From: Octopus vulgaris
Lineage: Eukaryota
Assembly: GCA_951406725.2 (NCBI GenBank)
Contig: OX597819.1
Span: 22,320,001-22,384,000, forward strand
Direction: 5' to 3'
DNA length: 64,000 nucleotides
The notes under the pieces were generated by a model, which was not told the DNA's origin, ran no database searches, and saw only the letters and a list, made by a program, of their open reading frames with translations. Shown here piece after piece: positions 1 through 13,149 of the stretch (position 1 is the stretch's first letter; every line of letters starts with the position of its first letter). The position numbers and the translations under genes are program-made.

Positions 1-1644
1 AGTGATGACATCAGAATGCAATTTGGCCTCAATAAGTGTGCAAAAGCTACATTTATCAAAGGAAAAATGACAGAAACATCTAACGTTTACCTCGACCAGC
101 AGAATGTCATAAAAGAATTAGACCCAGCAGAGAACTACAAGTATCTAGGGGTAATTGAAGGAGAAGGAATAAGGCATTCAGAAATGAAAGACAGAGCTGA
201 ATGCGAGAAACAGGATCGAAGCGATCAATGCATTAGCCATACCAGTCGTGACTTACAGTTTCAATATCGTTAACTGGTCAATTACTGAAATATGTAATCT
301 TGACAGAAAAATACGAAAACTGTTGACAATGCATAGAATGCACCACCCTAACGCAGATACAGAACGACTTTATCTGCCAAGAAAAGAGGGAGGCCGTGGA
401 CTTTTACAACTGGCAATAACAATGAAGGTTGCTACAATTGGCCTAGACACCTTCCTGAAAAACTCTGAGGACTGGATGTTAAAACTTGTCTCAAAACATG
501 AAAACAAGAAAGCATCATACTCAGTAACAAAACAGGCAAAGGAATACCTAAGTGAATTCCGAATACAACAAATTTCGGAATTAGAGATAGACATACAAGA
601 AACAGGCACAGAAAAATCTAAGTGCATGAAAACCCGTGCTAAATCTGCGGCCTTAGATATTCTGAATAATAAATGGCAAGAAAAACCTCTCTATGGCAAA
701 TACCCAAAGAGAGCAAATAATGCAGATGTTGACAAAGCCCTGACCCATCAATGGCTAATGGCCTCTGGCTTAAAATCTGAAACAGAGGGGTTTATCATAG
801 CAGCTCAAGATCAATGCCTACCAACAAGAAACTACCAGGCCAACATATTAAAGATCAGAAGCTGTCCAACGTGTCGTGTATGCCAGCAACAAAATGAAAC
901 CATTGATCGTGTGGTCTCCAAGTGCAGTCTTCTAGCGCCTACAGAGTATCTTAACAAGCACGATAGAGCTGCACAATATATTCACTGGGTAATCTGCAAA
1001 AACCTGGATTTGCCCCACGAAAAAAACTGGTGGGAACACAAACCACCCCCAGTGCTTGAAAATGACCACATCTCACCTCTGGAACTTCACCTCTCAAACT
1101 GACAGAAAGATAGATGCAAATAGGCCAGACATCATATTGAAAGACTTCAAACAAAGAACATGCCTCCTCATTGATATGACTGTCCCAATCGATATAAACG
1201 TATCTGTCAAGACCTACCAAAAACTGAGCAAATATAAAGATCTTGAAATAGAAATCAGCAAAATATGGAACCTGAAGACTAAAACAATACCTGTTGTCAT
1301 AGGTGCCCTGGGAATGATAGCAAAAGGGGCTGATAGCTACCTAACTCAGATACCAGGAAACCCAAAAATGGCAAAAATTCAAAAGATAGTGCTCATGGGA
1401 ACTGCTCATATTCTACGCAAAATACTTTCTATGTAATCTCAATGTTTAAAACAAACATAATTTTCGGGTTTAAAAAAACTTTTTTTTTAGACATTCATTA
1501 GTACAACCACCCACCCCCCCGCCACCCAAAATATATGGCACACTAGGCATAACAACAACATGAACTTCCAACCTATTGTCTCTTGAGGTCTTTGGGTGAG
1601 ACTTGGAGCCAACTTGTACAAATATAAAGCAAAAGTCAAACATA

Positions 1645-1645
<1 letters not shown>
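1..1645 (+). mobile_element. R4/Dong-type non-LTR retrotransposon (RT C-terminal part, CCHC, restriction-like endonuclease), frameshifted; 5' part outside window
   Basis: ORFs 16-273, 248-1102, 1056-1436: MQFGLNKCAK, YKYLG, GGRGL, CRVC..ETID...C zinc knuckle, NRPDII..D...K..KY endonuclease; 3' UTR ends in (TAA)n at about 1646-1720; about 47 nt deleted near 186 relative to the copy at 27.5-30.8 kb. Confidence 0.93.

Positions 1646-1720
<75 letters not shown>
1646..1720. repeat. (TAA)n microsatellite, target/tail of the R4/Dong element
   Basis: Pure TAA run directly after the element 3' end. Confidence 0.95.
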
Positions 1721-1879
1721 CTGATGCATTACGGGGTAATAGCTTTCATAGCTTTCATGGCTTTCATCTTCACTGATTGGAAGTGTTATCCTTTTCATTA
1801 TTTTGTCTTGTTATAAAAGATGAGCTACAGCAAATACTCTGCTCAGTACCACAAATTTGCTTGTCATTTGCAAACTGAG
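1721..1879 (+). mobile_element. Partial copy of a non-coding interspersed repeat associated with (TAA)n
   Basis: Reverse-complement match to about 27240-27380 (e.g. ATAAAAGATGAGCTACAGCAAATACTCTGCTCA vs TGAGCGGAATACTTGCTGTAGCCCATCTTTTAT). Confidence 0.75.
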
Positions 1880-2340
1880 TATGACTGTCCCAATCGACAT
1901 AAATATATCTGTCAAAACCTGCGAAAAACTGAGCAAGTATAAAGATCTTAAAATAGAAATTGGCAAAATGTGGAACCTCAGGACTAAAACAATAGCTGTT
2001 GTCATAGGTGCCCGAGGAATGATAGCAAAAGGGGCTGATTACCACCTATCTCAGAAACCAGGAAACCCCAAAATGGCAGAGATTCAAAAGATAGTGCTCA
2101 TTTGAACTGACCATATCCTACGTAAAATGCAGTCTATGTAATCTCAAATTCTAAAACAAACTCATATTTTTTTTTGTTTCCTTAAACATTCTCTAGAACA
2201 ATATATGTCCAAAACCAAATATATGACACCCTTTTCATAACATCAACATGAACATCTAACTTGTTGTTTCTTGAGGTCTCTGGGTGAGACTTGAAGTCAA
2301 CATGTACACATACAAAACAAAAGTCAAACAAATAATACTA
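1880..2340 (+). mobile_element. 5'-truncated R4/Dong copy (endonuclease end + 3' UTR), same family as 1-1645
   Basis: MTVPIDINISVKTCEKLSKYKDL...AEIQKIVL matches ORF 1056-1436; same 3' end AAAGTCAAACA then TAA-like tail. Confidence 0.9.
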
Positions 2341-2349
2341 ATAATCAAA

Positions 2350-2590
2350 ATGATAATGCAAAGATCCTATGGGATTTTATGATTCAGTGCGTCCATGAGG
2401 TAGAGAAAAGGAAACGAGACATAGTGGTAATTGAGATAGAAAGCAAACGATGCTGGATCGAGCTGACAACACGGTATGCGATCAGGAAGAAAAAAATATA
2501 TATAACAAATAACAGATATAACAAATTAGCTTGGGAGTTTAAGCAGTTGAAGTCGCTGAATAAGGTGGTATTAGTAGCAATAATTTTCCT
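2350..2590 (+). mobile_element. Old RLE-type non-LTR endonuclease fragment
   Basis: Translates AKILWDFMIQCVHEVEKRKRDIVVIEIESKRCWI, resembling the LWDF..RPD region of R4/Dong endonucleases. Confidence 0.6.
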
Positions 2591-2838
2591 TAATCAAGTA
2601 ATGGAGTCGCTTGAAACGGCCGTAATGAAGTGTCCCGTGTACATCTTCGTTACTTACTTATGTGTGTGTTTCTGTGTGAGTGTGTCTGTGTATTTATTGA
2701 TACATACATTCATTATAGTCAATTCATAGCAATGGAAATCAAATATCGGCAATCAAGCCTCGAAAACTCTGATCGATTGAATAGATGAAACGATTTGGTG
2801 CCCAAGAAATGCATTTTCATATATGATTGGAAACTTAC

Positions 2839-2911
2839 TGGGTCTGGCTAATGTCATATCAACTTTAAATGCAGTCGAAATCAGCAAACAGAAAGGAAAT
2901 AGTCGTGTCAT
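2839..2911 (-). CDS. Signal-peptide exon (MTRLFPFCLLISTAFKVDMTLARP, phase-1 end) of a putative secreted protein, gene copy D
   Basis: Minus strand TTTGTTCTTCCAG|ATCAAT ATG ACA CGA CTA TTT...GCC AGA CCC A|GTAAGT; exon 2917-2839, canonical sites, basic N-terminus, hydrophobic core, T-L-A cleavage-like motif. Confidence 0.7.
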
Positions 2912-3039
2912 ATTGATCTGGAAGAACAAATGGAATTTGAGGTGATTAAACTGGTAACTGTTTACTATTTCAAAGGAAAGCGGAACAAATCATCTAGATA
3001 CGCGAATGCGTGAATGCTATACGTATATATTTGCGTTCT

Positions 3040-3091
<52 letters not shown>

Positions 3092-3131
3092 TGTGTGTGT
3101 ATTAATGCATGTGTGAATACATTTACCTGCA

Positions 3132-3169
<38 letters not shown>

Positions 3170-3175
<6 letters not shown>

Positions 3176-4007
3176 GTCAAAATGAGGGTGAAAAATTGGA
3201 TATTAATTTAATAACATCAATTTAACACCAGTGGTTTAGCGCGTAAAAACTGAGATTCAGAAAATATTATTAATACATAAATACTTATGTAAATACAATT
3301 CTTACTGGTTGAGACTTATGTGTTTCTCATTTTAGCGTAAGGGCTTCCACATAGTGGATTCCTTCTCATATTTATATATATATATATATATAGACATTCA
3401 TTATGCTAGAGGTAGAACCTATATATATATATTGGAAGGTTTGGAGATGATGTACAGGTATTTTATATTCGAAGAAATGAGGTACTAATCGGATGGTTTA
3501 TATTTACAGATATTTATTTGTATATTACATTTTTTATACATCCTATAACTTAGATCATGTATTAGCTCTTTCTCCCATTCTAGTGGGGTTTTCAAATCAA
3601 ACTAAGTTCCTGTGTGAAAGGTTTTGACCATTTTATAGTGGTATTGAGTCTGTAGTGGTGGGGAGGAATATAAGACAGTACAAGATGGTGATGGATGAGG
3701 AGAAAGTGAGAGAGAGAGCATGTGTGTATTTGTGTGTGTGTTTGTGTGTGTGCGTTTGTGTGTGTGCGTGCATGTGTGTGTGTGTTTTTGTATTTGGAAC
3801 GAGTGCTAAAGTAACAGAGGGGAAGGGAGAGTGAAGAAGAAGAAAATAATTTTTTTGCTCTGTTGGACAGGATGTTGACTCCAAGGGGGTCAAAGATCTT
3901 GGGGAAAAAGAATTTCAGTTTTGACCATTTTATAGTGTTATTGAGTGTGTGGTGGTGGGGAGGTAGACCATTAATTATATTTCTTTTTATCATTGAGAGA
4001 GAGAGAG

Positions 4008-4038
<31 letters not shown>

Positions 4039-4200
4039 TTAATGAGGGATGGTCAAATACTTTTGGGGGTTAAGAGAAGAGGAATTGTTTTTATGATTGT
4101 TTTGTGGAGGTGTGTGTTTGGGTGTCTGTGAGTTTGGAGAAAGGAAGAGAGGAGTAAAAAAAGGAGGAGGAAGGAGAAATATTTGTGTTGATATTTATAC

Positions 4201-4250
<50 letters not shown>

Positions 4251-4375
4251 TTCTAGCATAATGGATGCAATAAAATTTTTCTGAATCCTAAGATTTTAAT
4301 ATGCTAGACCACTGGTTTTAAATTGGTTTTAATGAAATTGATATTCAATTTTTCACCCTTATAATTTTAAATTTA

Positions 4376-4428
<53 letters not shown>

Positions 4429-5650
4429 CTAATGAACTTATGTAGGCACGCGGCTAAATTTAAAATGTCGAATATAAATATACCATATGGATAGAGTATA
4501 TATTTTGTATTTTTGATTTTTGAAATTTTGATTTTGACTCTTGAACGATGAGCGCTACGATGGATTTTGTTTCCAAGATATGCGGATCTTAATCCGTATA
4601 GCAAAGTCTTATGTTTCTACATATACATCAGGAAAAACCTTCAACTTTGTTTTCATGTTATTGTATTGTATAGGATTACCTTGATTATTTATATTACCTT
4701 GATTATTTATAAATGATCCAAAATAGGGTGTTATATTTTATTTTATATGTCTTTCGTATATATTTTTATTAATGCACCCATTCTTTTTAAAAAAGCAATG
4801 TTTTTTTTAAAAAAGCAATGTTGTCAAAATTAGAATGTTGATGTAAGTATGTGTATAGCCGAGGATATGTATTTGTAAGCATGCGTATCTGTGTATGTGT
4901 AAGTGAGAGTATGTTTGTGCTTAAGCACACATATACACGACTATGTGTATGTATCCATTCGAACTTGTGTTTATACTTGTCTCCATATATGCCAATAATG
5001 CCGTTACACAGCTTGTATACATAATTTTTTCTTATTTCGTTTTTTTCCCCACCCCTCCTTTGTTCCTTTTTCTCTCTCTTCCTTTCTTTCGTTCCCCCCC
5101 TTACTCAATATATGAGAATCGCTACATAGATCATTTTTAACTTGCGTGCGAGATGGTTTGCGTGAATATATGTAAACATGCATTTATGTGTATATTTAGA
5201 TTTATATTCATACGTCTGTATATGTATGGCGTTTGCGCGCATCCTTTTGTGTATGTTGATATATATATGCGCATTTTAATAAAAATATGTATTGCAGTGT
5301 AATATTTATAACAGGTTTAATTTCTATGAAATAATTTATACTTTCTTCATTAACGTCAATATGTATTTTATTCAATGTAAGGTTTTTTCCTCGGATTTTA
5401 TAAATTTTTTATAAGATTTTTTATATATATATACATATATTTTTTGACCATTTTCTTTATCGCTCGAAGATTGACCGTTTTTTTCTAAAGGGCCAATCAA
5501 ACAAGTCCATTTCTTTTTAAAGGTGTAGCGTTTGTAAGAGTCTAGATTGAATTGATATATCGGTTCCATTCTAGCAAAAACTGTCTGATGAACGGCAACG
5601 AGAAACTCAGAGTAACAGATTTTGTTGAATTTCCTGCTGCTTAAAATAAA

Positions 5651-5714
<64 letters not shown>

Positions 5715-7620
5715 TATGAGTATAATTATTTTTGCTGAACCCTAATTATAATTATACTCATAATCATTAATTTTTTGTTTAAGTTTACCAATAATGGTTC
5801 TTTTAACATACCGAACTACTTGGTAGAATTATTAATTATTGATTAATTAATTAATTTCACCCTTTATTACTATTGATAATATATATATACTTGACTTAAG
5901 TTGAATCACCAAGTTAGTCCAGTAGTATCTGCACACAACTCGAAAGTGAATAAAATCAAAATAAGCAACAGGATATCAATTAGTGAATCAGTACGGCCGT
6001 TTCAAATGGATCCATTTATTTGAACAATGCAATCATTACATTAATTTAAATGCAGTGGCATATTCAACTCCACAAATACATAGTAAGACATTCATATAAT
6101 TATTCTCAAATATTTTAACAGAGGAAGAAGATGGAAGAAATTGTAGCTAAGAATGAAGTACACTTCTAAGAATAGCATGTAGTCAAGTGGGGTCATAATG
6201 TTGTAAGGAATTATAATTCATTTCCAATTCATTTATCATCTACTAAATCTATTTATCATCTACTAAATCTAAGACTAGAAACTGTGTCTATTTTGAATAA
6301 AGGGCAACGGTGCGTTGACAGCTAATGGCTAGTTAAGGTCATAAATATTATCATATGTATCCCTTTTCCGGAGGGAGGAAATAAGACATTAGAAGTTGCA
6401 AGTTAAATATAAGTAACTGTCTATGAAAAGAGGCAGGGTAGTGGTAGACATTAAATCATGGTGTTAATTACCAGTTAAAGAGGTAAGACACTAGGAAAAT
6501 TAAGATCTTAATACAGAGGAAATTATATTTTGGGACACTATGGATGATTGGTTATATACAATATTGTTATGTTGTATAAAAATAAATTTCAGAATTTCAA
6601 AAATGATATCATAAATGAAATTGGTAAAGGGTGTGTATATATCAATTCTAAACATTAGAACGGAAAGATTACGTAGAATCAGTTTAATATTCATTCATGT
6701 ACTTAATTAATTTCTTATTAGGTGGTTTCTATAAAGACCGCTCAGGGCATTTACCTATCGAATAACTGGACAAATATACATGCTATCTATTAATTTTAAA
6801 CTATGAATCAGAAAAATAGTGAAGATGCATACAGATTCGCACACATTTATATATGTGTATATATGCATATATACACGTACATAAATATCTATACGTTTAT
6901 ATGGATATAGTATAACCATCTTGCATGAACTTAAGTAACTGAAAAATATATATTTAAGAACAAGAAAAATAACAATTTATAGGTGATAAGAGGTTAATAA
7001 GTAAGGATCTCAAAATATGAAAACAAAATAAGAATTTATAGAAAATAATAGAAAGCCATATAACATACATATAAAGAGTATTAAGATTAGAGATAGAGAA
7101 GAGATAAAGGTAACCCGAAAATAGGGGGTAATAGGCATTGAAGTAGTGAGGGCAATTAAAGGTATTCAGACCGAAGAGATTATATATGTTGTAATGTTAC
7201 AGATGCTATTGAGTGTATGATTTTGTAGTCTCTAAGATGTATATGATTTAGTCGAAAGGTGACGTACATAAAGTCACTGCAAATATACGTAATATGAACA
7301 GAAGGCCAGAACATCATAGAAAGAAAAATACTGTGATAGGCAGGGTCTATCATGGGGTAGTATTATATATAGCATACCACATATCATCATTCCTATCGTT
7401 GTTGTTGTTATTATTATTATTATTATAATTATTATTACTATTACTATTATATAATCTGTGTTATTATTGTTGTTATTATTTATATTTCCTTCAAAAGGCA
7501 TTGTGTCAGAAATACTTGTGCTAGTATAAACTTCGAAGTCACCGTCTATATTGTACATATTATATATGTTAGGACTGTTTTTTCTAATTCCCACACTTCC
7601 ATTAATATTATCATCATTTT
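3170..7620. repeat. AT-rich mosaic of Penelope-type terminal-repeat remnants and (TA)n/(CA)n microsatellites
   Basis: Inverted related segments about 3180-3270 vs 4270-4360, direct repeat about 3615-3665 vs 3915-3965, hammerhead motif at 5575-5624; 5960-6040 matches 10250-10330 inverted. Confidence 0.5.
5575..5624 (+). ncRNA. Minimal type I hammerhead ribozyme motif (Penelope-type)
   Basis: CAAAAaCTGT-CTGATGA-aCGgcaaCGa-GAAA-CTCaGAG-TA-ACAGaTTTTG: core intact, stem I CTGT/ACAG extended by CAAAA/TTTTG, very short stems II and III. Confidence 0.7.
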
Positions 7621-7647
7621 AGTGGTTTAAACTAGTGTTGACAACAC

Positions 7648-7732
<85 letters not shown>

Positions 7733-7754
7733 CATTATTATTATTATTATTATC

Positions 7755-9582
7755 ATTCAGTAGCTTTATTTTTATAGCGTGCTTTCACTTCACTACCGAG
7801 CGCAGCTCTGTGTGCCTTAGGTATGTGCTGTGATTTGTTGTGATGCTCTGATGGTTATTGTATGGAAAGTGTTCTGCGTAGGATGTGTGCAGTGCCTAGT
7901 AGTGCAATTTTCTGTATGTTATATGTGTTTGTAAGTCCTTGGTGTTTTTGTTATGTATTTGTCTGAATATTTTTTTATCATGCCTAATGCACCTACTATG
8001 ATAGGAATTGTTTCTGTTTTCAGATTCCACATTCTGGTTACCTCTATTTCCAGGTCTTTGTATTTTGAAAGTTTCTCCATTTCTTTTAGAGACACGTGTC
8101 ATCTGCCGGTATTGATACATCAATTAGAAAGCATTTTTTTCTTCATGATCTCTGACAACTATATCTGGTCTGTTGGCCTTAATTTCTCTATCTGTGTGTA
8201 TCGGCATATCCCAGAGTATAGTTGCTTTCTCGTTTTCTGTGACCTTTTCTGGTGTGTGCCTATACCATCTTTTTTCTGTTGTTATTCCATAATGTTGGCA
8301 TAGCTTCCAGTGTATGTAGGTTCCAACTCTGTCATGTCTGTGAATATATTCCTTCTTAGCCAGGACTGGGCAGCCAGAGATAATATGATTTATTGTTTCT
8401 TGTCCATCTCCACATATTCTGCAGTTACTTGTTATATTTCTTTTCATTACATGTTTTTGGTAATTTCTGGTGGGGAGGCTTTGGTCTTGTGCTGCAATTA
8501 AAAATCCCTCTGTCTCTGCTTTGAGTCCTGAGCTTCTCAACCATTGCTGGGATTTTTCTTTGTCTATTTCTTTTGCGTTTAGTTTAGTGCAGTATTTACC
8601 ATGAAGGGGCTTTTCTTGCCATCGTTTTATCATGGTTCGTTGCTGTTCTGTTTTTAGTTTGGATTTCATTTGTTTTATAGCTTTTGTTTTTCTTCTTCTT
8701 CTTCTTCTTCTTCTTCTTCTTCTTCTTCTTCTTCTTCTTCTTCTTCTTCTTCTTCTTTTCATATTTATTAGGTGGTATGATTTCTTGTTTGTATTTGTCA
8801 GCTTCCTTAAATACTGAGAACAGTTTTTTTGTTTTGCTCGTGTTTTGCCGCTATTTGTATCAGTTTTTCTTCCTTCTGAAGTAGATATTTTTGCAGTCCT
8901 ATGGTGGTTATTTTATAGTAGTTTTCCAGCTGTATAAGGCCTCTACCACCTTCTATACGTTGTATATATAGTCTTTCTATGTCAGATTTTGGGTGATGCA
9001 TCCTAGATCCTGTCATTATTTTTCTTGTTTTCCTATCTATTTTGGTCAGTTCATTTAGTGTCCAGTTAAGGATATTGTAGCTGTAACTTATAACTGGGAC
9101 AGCTAAAGTGTTAATACCTATTATCTTGTTTTTAGCATTGAGCTCTGTTTTAGTATTGATCTAACTCGTCTATAATATTCTTTTTTTATTTTCTCTTTCA
9201 TTTGTGTGTGTTGTTTCTTATCTAGTTCATGGATTCCTGAGTATTTGTAATTTTGGCTTTGGTCTAATTCTTTTATTTCATTGGTTTTATCTAGTGCGAT
9301 GTTACTACTCTTAACTAGTTTTCCTCTTTTCATGGTTACTTTGGCGCATTTTTCTAATCTAAATTTCATTTCTATTTCTTTGGTAAATCCATGAACTGTC
9401 TTTAGTAGTGTTTTCAGCTGTTTGTCATTTGCAGCGTATAGTTTTAGGTCATCCATATATAAAAGGTGGCTGATCGTTTTGCCGTAACATTTATATCCGC
9501 ATCCAGTTCTATTTAGCATATCAGATAGAGGTGACAGTGCGAAGCATAAAAGGAGTGGAGAGAGAGTGTCTCCTTGGAATAT
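7755..9582 (-). mobile_element. R4/Dong-type non-LTR retrotransposon, second subfamily, 5'-truncated, flanked by (TTA)n on both sides
   Basis: IFQGDTLSPL, HLLYMDDLKL, GGRGL, CRICGDGQETINHIISGC, NRPDIV; (TTA)n at about 7648-7752 and 9581-9677; internal (CTT)n expansion about 8690-8757. Confidence 0.92.
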
Positions 9583-9605
9583 TATTATTTTTATTATTAT
9601 TATTA

Positions 9606-9679
<74 letters not shown>

Positions 9680-9681
<2 letters not shown>

Positions 9682-10327
9682 TGTTTAACCTGGCTATGAT
9701 GGTACCTATATTGAGGAGGATAGAATACAATATTCTAACTGTCTTACGGGAAAATATTCTATTATATCTAAAGGAAACAGGGAAGTTTTTTTTTCCAAAA
9801 TTTCCATAAATTCCTTATATATGTTGGTGGATATGGCACAGTTGAATGGAACATTAAACCAGACCAAATCATTATTTTCAGTTCTCTTTCGTATATAAAG
9901 GCCGAATCTACTTACTCTTTCACCACCTTCCAAACTCGTGACTTGATTATTAGGTATGGCTATACTATCAGAATTTTTCTTATCATTAGATGGTGGCATA
10001 ATCCGCTCAACCGCCTCACTACAATTATTATACAAACTATTATTCCTACTGGTTATAGTATCTAATTTGTAATTGTTACTTATCTCATTATTTAAATTGA
10101 TGGGTTTGGCGGATGCTTTCATAGTAGGTCTGTTTCCCCGACCAAGTAAGCCTGTATTCTCCTCTAATTATTTATATTATTAGTAGGCGTTATATTTTCT
10201 GTGTTAAAAAATTAATTCTATGGTTGTATCCTGCCTTAGACAAAACAATATAATGATTGCATTGCTGAATTAAATGGAGCCGCTTGGAACGGTCGTACTG
10301 CATCACTACTTGATATCTTGTTGCTTA

Positions 10328-10330
<3 letters not shown>
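9680..10330 (-). mobile_element. Penelope-like fragment (RT-endonuclease linker) with adjacent terminal-repeat piece
   Basis: ORF 9706-10122 contains DLVWFNVPFNCAISTNIYKEFMEIL, similar to DTLWLIIPYAMQIKTNIVRAL in the 40889-42352 ORF. Confidence 0.55.
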
Positions 10331-10374
<44 letters not shown>

Positions 10375-10652
10375 GATAGATATATACATAGATAGGTAGG
10401 ACATATTCACACCCAAAAACAGAAAATACAATTATTTTAGATTTAGACCATATATTTTGTTCTTTACCAATAAAATAAGATCAACAAACTTCCAGATAAC
10501 TTTATATTAGACACGTTTCCAAATTTATGTACTACATGAACACATTGACGAAAAAATTCAATTTTTTAAATCATATCTGAGTTATAAAGCAAAACAAACA
10601 TTTAAATATTTCATACGAATTCCATTAAAAAATAAGATAATTTTAGAAGTTC

Positions 10653-10728
10653 ACTTACGTATACGAAAAGGACAAAGCTGTGAAGAAATTTAAAAGAATG
10701 AAGACTGCGAACACAATGAGTATCTATA
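10653..10728 (-). promoter_or_regulatory. TATA-like box, initiator and short non-coding first exon with GTAAGT donor (gene copy D)
   Basis: Minus strand TATAGATA (10728-10721), TCATTC (10701-10696), exon to 10659, GTAAGT 10658-10653; block about 10430-11150 is an inverted paralog of about 49395-50030. Confidence 0.55.
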
Positions 10729-12029
10729 ACTGAATGTAAGATCTTCAATACTAATAAACAGCTGCTGACAATATATCTCAGTGCCAAACCTGAAGTGGAT
10801 AAGAATGACAATTTATAAAATACTTGCTGAGAACTAAAGATATTTTATGGCTCGTAGAGAAGTGAAAACAACGGTTTCTTCTTCTGCACCTGAAGTTAAT
10901 AAAGTGAATAAATAAACGGTGCCCCGATCGACACGACAGAAAAGATAATATCGTAGAGTGATTGATCGATAGATAGACAGATATGCACGTATACATCTAC
11001 GTCGGGTTTTTGACGTCACGTGGTTCAAGAGCTTTAATTTTCTTGCTCATTCAGTTTTTTAAAACCTTACATTTCAAATAAATAATGTCAGACACAAGGG
11101 TATCACAGCAATTGAAAGGGTACGCTGTAATCGCTGCCTTAAAAGCGCAGAACAGTTATACGGGAGATAGCTCAAACGCAGAAAGTTTCTCTTTATTTAC
11201 TTATTTATTTATTTATTTATCTATTTAAGATCTAGTGGTGAGTGCCTATCGTCGATGTACAGGGCATATTAGCTCCTTCACTGAACGACATGATCTAAAC
11301 AGCTTCTTCTTCGGTACACTGACGGTGCTCATAGAAACATGCTCTTTACGGATAAGAAAATATCCACCGAAGAAGAAAGTTACAACCAACAATATTGGGA
11401 AGTTTCTTAGTTTGAAGAAGAAGAAATAACATTATTGATTAGGTGAAGGAGACATAACAATATTATTAAAAAGAGGAAATAACATTATTTTTGTATTTGT
11501 TTTTGAGCAGCGAAGGAGTTTTACACTCTTTTATCATAAAGATTCTCTACTCAGTTACTGACATTGAGTGTCCTAGGATAAAGAACGCTATAATTTGGCC
11601 ACAGTTACCGCCCTTCGCTGTCTCCTACAGAGGAAACCTTACAAGTTAGACACACAGTTAAGAGTCCGTTAGAATAAATGCTCAGGAGAAATGTTTTACG
11701 CTTTTTATCATAAGCGACAATTCCTTCTTCACGGTGACTGCAGTGAATATGTCGTTGGATTGTCTCTTATGTTGGACCTAATCGAAATTTTAATTGACTT
11801 TTTCACCAATATTCTTTCTTTTTATTGCAGTGTTTATACCAGTATTTCATGTTTATGCAGTTGCAAATACCTACTAGTTCTGGTATGCCATTGATGTATA
11901 CGACGGCGTAATCATTCCTGCCTATAGCATAATACATAATCTTACGAATAATATCTTGCTTCAGGGTTTTGTAGTATCTCGTAGACAATATGCGACAGCT
12001 GCATTGGTATAGCAGAGCCGATATTTTCA

Positions 12030-12390
12030 GTCACAATATTGCGGTTTGGTGGTATTTTTGTCACTCTTTTTGTTATGAGCTATTTAGTAGCAATCTCATG
12101 TTCTTGGCTAATAAAAACATATCTTTCTAGGTGGGATTTGTCACAGGTGAAAGAGAGGCTGCTTTTACTGCTCATACTTTTGTTATCCTTTAGCTTAAAG
12201 GATATGTACACATGCATTGCATTTTGGTGGTATGATGCCTGCTCCCACTCCAGGCTTGTGTAGGTTAATCCAGTCTCCGTTGGTTCGCGTGTGACGTATT
12301 TTCAGAATACCTGCACAGTAATTCTTCTCGAACTCTGAAGATGAAGTTCCTCTCATTTTCATTATGCATGGAATGTTTTCATTTCTTTCT
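12030..12390 (-). mobile_element. Degraded interspersed repeat, possibly integrase-derived; second copy at 63650-64000
   Basis: SEFEKNYCAGILKIRHTRTNGDWINL here vs SEFENNCESTLKIQHILTNESWINL at 63.7 kb; weak resemblance to a retroviral-type integrase core. Confidence 0.4.
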
Positions 12391-13149
12391 TTATTGCTCA
12401 ACAGATGTTGGTTGCATGAAATGATACATACAATATTATGTGTTGTGGTCTGTGTAGGCGGTATATGTGAGGTATATGTGCATTGATGCGTGTGCACGTG
12501 AATGTTTGTGTGCGTGTGTGTGTATGTATGTGTGTGTGTGTATGCGTGCGTGTATTTATGTATGAGTGTGCGTGGGGTTGTGCTATGTGGAGTTTGTGTT
12601 ATGTGTGCATTTCTGTGTGCATGCGTGTGTGTGTGTGTGTGTGTCTGTATGCGCGTGTGTCCCTGTCTATGTGCGTGTGTGCATGTGTGTGTGTATGCAT
12701 GTGTGTGTATGCATGTGCATGTATGTGTACTGTATATATGTGTGTGGTGTGAGTTGGAGGTTTATCTGCGTTCATGTGTGTGCGTGGGTGCGTGTATTTT
12801 TGGTTGTGTGTGCGTGTATACAGAAATGAAATAAAATAAAATGTAATAAAAGAAATCAATAAAGGGGTGAAAAGTGAAGAAAGGGTGCAGGATGTAAAAA
12901 AATGCAAAAATTAATAGATAAAAGATAAAAAATAAAAAATAAAATAAGAAGAAATTATAGGGATAAAATGGGAATTAATACAATTAAAAAAAATAATGCA
13001 AGTAGAAAGTTAAACAATGCGACGTAAAGAAAACGAGACAAAATCGAGAAATGGGTACCGATGTAAAAAAATAAGTGGGTATAAAAGACAATAAAATGAG
13101 ATGAAATAAAATAAAATAAAATAATGCTTTTTTAAAGGAGTTTGCAGAG

